NCBI RefSeq assembly: GCF_000485595.1
Contig: NW_014577078.1
Location: forward strand, 775,003 to 829,899
Length of the DNA stretch: 54,897 bases
Direction: 5' to 3'
From: Priapulus caudatus
Taxonomy: Eukaryota
Shown here: piece by piece, positions 52,201 to 54,897 of the stretch
How positions within the stretch are numbered: the stretch's first letter is position 1
Layout: each line of letters starts with the position of its first letter
Position numbers and translations under genes: made by a program
The notes under the pieces: model-generated
What the model was told of the DNA's origin: nothing
Database searches by the model: none
What the model saw: only the letters and a program-made list of their open reading frames with translations

Positions 52201-54194
52201 TATCGTTCGGTTAAATAGCATTTAGGTATAAATATAATTGCACTTTTGTGATTAGCACTCCAGGGTTCATAGTAGTAAGACACATGTTGAAATAAGGACT
52301 TATAAGACCCTTTCTGGAGGCCAAAATAAGACTTTTTTACGCGATTTCTGATAGATCACCGACTATTAAAGTACACTAATAATATTTATATACACAATTG
52401 CACAGCAGATTTAATTATTCCGTATTATATATACAACAATTCTTACTGTAAGTCGAGAACAGTTTATAAAACAATTTATATAAAATATTGTAGGTTGCAA
52501 AAAATAAGGACTATTAAGTACTTTTCTAAGATTTCACCAAAAATAAGTACTAATAAGGGCCCTTATTTTATTTTTGGCAAAATAAGTACTTATAAGACTT
52601 TGGAAGACCCGCTACGAACCCTGCACTCGGTCTGTAACGTACAAAATGAATGGTCAAAGACGCAACTGTTTCGGGGTGGCAGCACGGTCGCGGGTGTCAT
52701 GGCGCCGTTCAAATTTCGTAGCGTTGATGTGTAATTAATTATAACAATTAAATTAGGTATCTGGTAACAAATACGTGTGGGTATAGACGATTTGTTATAC
52801 AGTAAGTACAGTTGTATGCAGTAAAATCATAGAGGCTACTGTCCCTTTAAGGATTTAACCATGAACAATGTTGTTATTAAAGATACTTAAAATGTTAAAC
52901 ATCACATCACTTCACTAATCTTTCACTAATATTTCCAATAAAGTGATGTATTACTCTAATAATGATCCTATCATTAATCTGTTTGTATAAACAATAATCA
53001 CACAAAATTTTTACAGGTTGACAATCCCTCACTGACAGCAACTGATAACAAACCTCAGCAGCTTGAGAATGACCATGTTGTTCTGACAGAGTGACTCATT
53101 CGTTCGACTCGCTCCCACGATGTCACTAATAAACGAAGGCCAGTTCCGCGGCCACTCATGTTTCAGGATCTGAAAAATGATTGCATGACATGAGGGCACA
53201 TAAGGAAAACAATCACTGGTGAACACTCGTATGTAGAGAGGGTCTCCACCACAGAACTGAAGATGATCGAAATAAATCGAACATGATGTAACTACAATAG
53301 CAAGTTGTGTAGCGAACACACCATGATGTATACATGCCAAGAATGTGCAAGTTAACACAAGTTAAGCAACTTTTTTGAATACCTGAATAAGTATCATGTT
53401 GAGTTTGTTCAGGTAGACCTTTTCAGATTCCAACGTTGCTGGTTCCGAAGAAGTCTTAATGATGAGTCCCACTGTGTATTTCTTTATACCTGAAAATGCA
53501 CAAATAAATTAGAGCATTTTCCACCTCCTCGTAAATCCACATAAACCCACACTTCTAAAAAGTCAATTTTTTGTTGTAAGCAGACTTTCATTCCCACATT
53601 CCCTTTCTCAAATGAATGCAAATCTTGTCATTATAAAATGTAAGGCAATAAAAGCACACGACTATTGACACATTCCAACAGAAAAGACACTGCAGTCGAT
53701 GACTACAAACCTTCACACTGGTTGCGAGGCAGCACCTTCCACCGTGTCTTAATGACGTTTTCCAGGATCTGCAGAGCATAGTACTTTGTCTGCTGGCTTG
53801 ACGAGAACTCAAGGATCGTGTCGACGCGCGTCCATGCATCCGGATGCTCCTTAAGGTGGGTTAACACCTCCTGAGCTATCTTTTGCTGGATGGGATAAAA
53901 AGGTTTACTATACTTCCTATCACTAAATTATTTACATTACATTCTTGTGATTAATTGTGAACATTCTTTTACATTAAAAGTAGCTGAAAGAATTTGGAAC
54001 TAGCTGACAGGATGTACGACTAATACCGTCGATAAGTCGAGCTGCATCTATTGCCGTGAAAAGTAATTAGAAGCTATGCCTACCATATTACCCTCTCCTG
54101 TGTACATGAAGCCAACCACATTATCAAGCATGTTAATATCCAACTTCTTTGTGAAGTCCAGGATAGTGGATGCTTGTTCTAACGTGAGTGTCAT
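37105..54194 (-). CDS. XPO1: Exportin-1 (CRM1), full spliced CDS, 25 coding exons, 1067 aa
   Basis: Exons joined by hand. All introns are GT-AG, phases are compatible and the total is 3204 nt. The peptide matches CRM1 hallmarks from memory: [94 protein letters not shown]. Confidence 0.98.
37553..37649 (-). CDS. XPO1: XPO1 coding exon 24 ([12 protein letters not shown]...[13 protein letters not shown])
   Basis: AG/GT boundaries, 97 nt. Confidence 0.95.
37806..38492. mobile_element. PIF/Harbinger-like MITE with 19-bp TIRs and 3-bp TSD CTG, XPO1 intron 23
   Basis: GGACCCATTGTCAGAAACA vs reverse complement of the right end GGAGCCGTTGTCAGAAACA. CTG lies on both sides. Subterminal TTACGAG/CTCGTAAC motifs. 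Confidence 0.75.
38717..38879 (-). CDS. XPO1: XPO1 coding exon 23 ([13 protein letters not shown]...AFPHLT)
   Basis: AG/GT boundaries, 163 nt. Confidence 0.94.
39166..40464. mobile_element. Degenerate hAT-like (5-bp TSD) non-autonomous element with TTCAAGGAC repeats, XPO1 intron 22
   Basis: Imperfect TIR CAGGGCCCATACAG / CACGGTCTGCACAG. AGAAA at 39161-39165 and 40465-40469. Many AAATTCAAGGAC/TTTTCCAGGAC motifs. Confidence 0.6.
40260..40386. repeat. 60-bp tandem duplication inside the intron-22 element
   Basis: The 60-mers starting at 40261 and 40321 are identical except for one base. Confidence 0.9.
40664..40891 (-). CDS. XPO1: XPO1 coding exon 22 ([23 protein letters not shown]...TSHTA)
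   Basis: AG/GT boundaries, 228 nt. Confidence 0.95.
41232..41307 (-). CDS. XPO1: XPO1 coding exon 21 ([25 protein letters not shown])
   Basis: AG/GT boundaries, 76 nt. Confidence 0.95.
41421..41492 (-). CDS. XPO1: XPO1 coding exon 20 ([24 protein letters not shown])
   Basis: AG/GT boundaries, 72 nt. Confidence 0.95.
41680..41802 (-). CDS. XPO1: XPO1 coding exon 19 ([14 protein letters not shown]...NKLE)
   Basis: AG/GT boundaries, 123 nt. Confidence 0.95.
42947..43155. mobile_element. 209-bp MITE with 32-bp TIRs and 8-bp TSD CCCGCATC (P- or hAT-like), XPO1 intron 18
   Basis: TIR CAAG(G/A)AGCTAAATATAACAAGGAGAGGAAGCG with 1 mismatch. TSD at 42939-42946 and 43156-43163. Confidence 0.9.
43009..43046. 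mobile_element. 38-bp hairpin insertion or footprint with 7-bp TSD GGTTCGG, nested in the MITE
   Basis: CAGAGAC-cc-TAGAACA-gattag-TGTTCTA-tt-GTCTCTG, flanked by GGTTCGG at 43002-43008 and 43047-43053. Confidence 0.7.
43178..43363 (-). CDS. XPO1: XPO1 coding exon 18 ([13 protein letters not shown]...NDPQM)
   Basis: AG/GT boundaries, 186 nt. Confidence 0.95.
43497..43711 (-). CDS. XPO1: XPO1 coding exon 17 (GYMISAQ...HPFVVQ)
   Basis: AG/GT boundaries, 215 nt. Confidence 0.95.
44214..44322 (-). CDS. XPO1: XPO1 coding exon 16 ([12 protein letters not shown]...FYEAV)
   Basis: AG/GT boundaries, 109 nt. Confidence 0.95.
45085..45164 (-). CDS. XPO1: XPO1 coding exon 15 ([27 protein letters not shown])
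   Basis: AG/GT boundaries, 80 nt. Confidence 0.95.
45582..45738 (-). CDS. XPO1: XPO1 coding exon 14 (DLLGLCEQK...KLFEFMH; NES-binding groove)
   Basis: AG/GT boundaries, 157 nt. Confidence 0.96.
46110..46187 (-). CDS. XPO1: XPO1 coding exon 13 ([26 protein letters not shown])
   Basis: AG/GT boundaries, 78 nt. Absent from the ORF track; read directly from sequence. Confidence 0.95.
46545..46648 (-). CDS. XPO1: XPO1 coding exon 12 (VYLTHLD...WKNLNT)
   Basis: AG/GT boundaries, 104 nt. Confidence 0.95.
47093..47231 (-). CDS. XPO1: XPO1 coding exon 11 ([28 protein letters not shown]..., HEAT9 acidic loop)
   Basis: AG/GT boundaries, 139 nt. Confidence 0.95.
47397..47594 (-). CDS. XPO1: XPO1 coding exon 10 ([24 protein letters not shown]...MLSK)
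   Basis: AG/GT boundaries, 198 nt. Confidence 0.95.
47767..47925 (-). CDS. XPO1: XPO1 coding exon 9 ([12 protein letters not shown]...DSLHS)
   Basis: AG/GT boundaries, 159 nt. Confidence 0.95.
47976..48731. mobile_element. Foldback-type non-autonomous DNA transposon with ~263-bp TIRs and 7-bp TSD (P/Galileo-like), XPO1 intron 8
   Basis: 47976-48239 is the reverse complement of 48469-48731 (about 4 mismatches and 1 indel seen). Ends are CAAGAG...CTCTTG. ATATAAT is present at 47969-47975 and 48732-48738. Confidence 0.9.
48935..49008 (-). CDS. XPO1: XPO1 coding exon 8 ([12 protein letters not shown]...GRLRE)
   Basis: AG/GTAAGT boundaries, 74 nt. Confidence 0.92.
49554..49608 (-). CDS. XPO1: XPO1 coding exon 7 ([18 protein letters not shown])
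   Basis: AG/GT boundaries, 55 nt. Confidence 0.95.
49712..50130. mobile_element. hAT-like MITE with 6-bp TSD CTTTAC, XPO1 intron 6
   Basis: Right end reverse complement CAGTCTGCGAAATT, left end CAATCTACACGAAAA (degenerate). CTTTAC at 49706-49711 and 50131-50136. Repeated (A/C)TGGCCC subterminal motifs. Confidence 0.6.
50409..50528 (-). CDS. XPO1: XPO1 coding exon 6 (ENSQNAPL...TLIYK)
   Basis: AG/GT boundaries, 120 nt. Confidence 0.95.
51056..51170 (-). CDS. XPO1: XPO1 coding exon 5 ([10 protein letters not shown]...CQFVM)
   Basis: AG/GT boundaries, 115 nt. Confidence 0.95.
51247..51312. mobile_element. Probable left end of another hAT-like element (partner end not identified)
   Basis: CAGGGTTCGAATTT followed by two AAAGTTGGTGGTC repeats. 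Confidence 0.35.
52261..52623. mobile_element. hAT-like MITE with 5-bp TSD CACTC, XPO1 intron 4
   Basis: TIR CAGGGTTC(A/G)TAG. CACTC at 52256-52260 and 52624-52628. ATAAGAC/ATAAGGAC/ATAAGTAC subterminal repeats. Confidence 0.82.
53054..53169 (-). CDS. XPO1: XPO1 coding exon 4 ([10 protein letters not shown]...ILKLL)
   Basis: AG/GT boundaries, 116 nt. Confidence 0.95.
53383..53489 (-). CDS. XPO1: XPO1 coding exon 3 ([11 protein letters not shown]...NMILIQ)
   Basis: AG/GT boundaries, 107 nt. Confidence 0.95.
53711..53885 (-). CDS. XPO1: XPO1 coding exon 2 ([18 protein letters not shown]...RNQCE)
   Basis: AG/GT boundaries, 175 nt. Confidence 0.95.
54084..54194 (-). CDS. XPO1: XPO1 coding exon 1 (MTLTLEQ...GEGNM)
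   Basis: ATG in ACAATG context. Acceptor ttcttgtag lies just upstream (exon begins 54219). Donor GTAGGC. 111 nt. Confidence 0.9.
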
Positions 54195-54897
54195 TGTGTC
54201 ACCGTTGGCTTGTATTATCCTACAAGAAAACAAAAACTAACTTATTTTCCGTAGAGACATTGTGCAATAATTTCCCAATGATGGAAAGGCTCAATTTTGC
54301 ATTCTAGCAAAAACAAATGTTAAAGATACTGTACGACTAACAAGGACATTTTGTTAATGATACCACAAATGTAACTGATATAAGGTATGGTATTTGTTAG
54401 TTACAAGTGTGACATTTGTAGCTACAGACAGATGTGCGACACAGCTCATACATTCGTTTAGAGTGAATGTTTTCATAAACCATCAATAAACACACGATTA
54501 TCCAAGTTCCTGAAAATACATGGTATCCGTGATAGTGCAATTCACCGAGACAATAAAAAATGGTTATATTCCTGAAGTTTAATACAAATGATTGGATTTA
54601 AGCTTTCATTACTAACCCAGGGTTCTTCAAGCTATTAAATTATAGCATGGGGGTGCTACTCAAATTGGGATGTCGAAGCTGGGGGTCAAAGGTCAAAGGT
54701 CAAGAGGTGTAAAAGAAGGGGGAACATTCACTCCTTAACTTAAGGTATAGGGAGGAAATGCAGAATTGCGGCACAAATCTAAACGGCTCGACCTAGGCTC
54801 GTGATAGTTGGTGTATAGCATCATGGTAGGAAAAGCCATCGCTGTGCCGAAATTGGAGGTCACAGGTAGTGATGTCCCGATGATCGATTATAATCGA

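Noticed and set aside
51239..52788. GTATAGAC direct repeat as an 8-bp TSD for a 1.5-kb element
   Set aside because: The sequence before 52781 does not form a TIR with CAGGGTTCGAA, so the match is probably chance.
37650..53053. Intronic C/D-box snoRNAs in XPO1
   Set aside because: The minus-strand RTGATGA motifs I found have no suitably spaced CTGA and terminal stem. H/ACA RNAs cannot be excluded by eye.
54867..54897. TAGTGATGTCCCGAT...AATCGA as the start of a hAT-like MITE
   Set aside because: It is truncated by the window end, so the partner TIR and TSD cannot be checked.

Overview
Eukaryotic (metazoan, probably invertebrate; the clade is an inference) genomic window with two halves. The right half (about 34.4-54.9 kb) holds a complete exportin-1/CRM1 gene (XPO1) on the minus strand: 25 coding exons, all GT-AG and phase-consistent, 3204 nt giving 1067 aa plus stop, with a probable long 3' UTR and a 5' UTR exon lying outside the window. 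Its introns and downstream flank carry non-autonomous DNA transposons whose TIRs and TSDs (3, 5, 6, 7, 8 and 9 bp) can be read directly. The left half (1-30 kb) has no recognisable gene. It consists of microsatellites, minisatellites, a G-rich degenerate tract and indel-ridden duplications next to N gaps, many probably long-read gap-filling artefacts. The most unusual signal is two 36-38 bp CAG...CTG hairpins, each flanked by an exact 7-bp duplication, which resemble P-superfamily excision footprints or minimal elements. They occur near two longer CAAG...CTTG elements with 7-8 bp TSDs.
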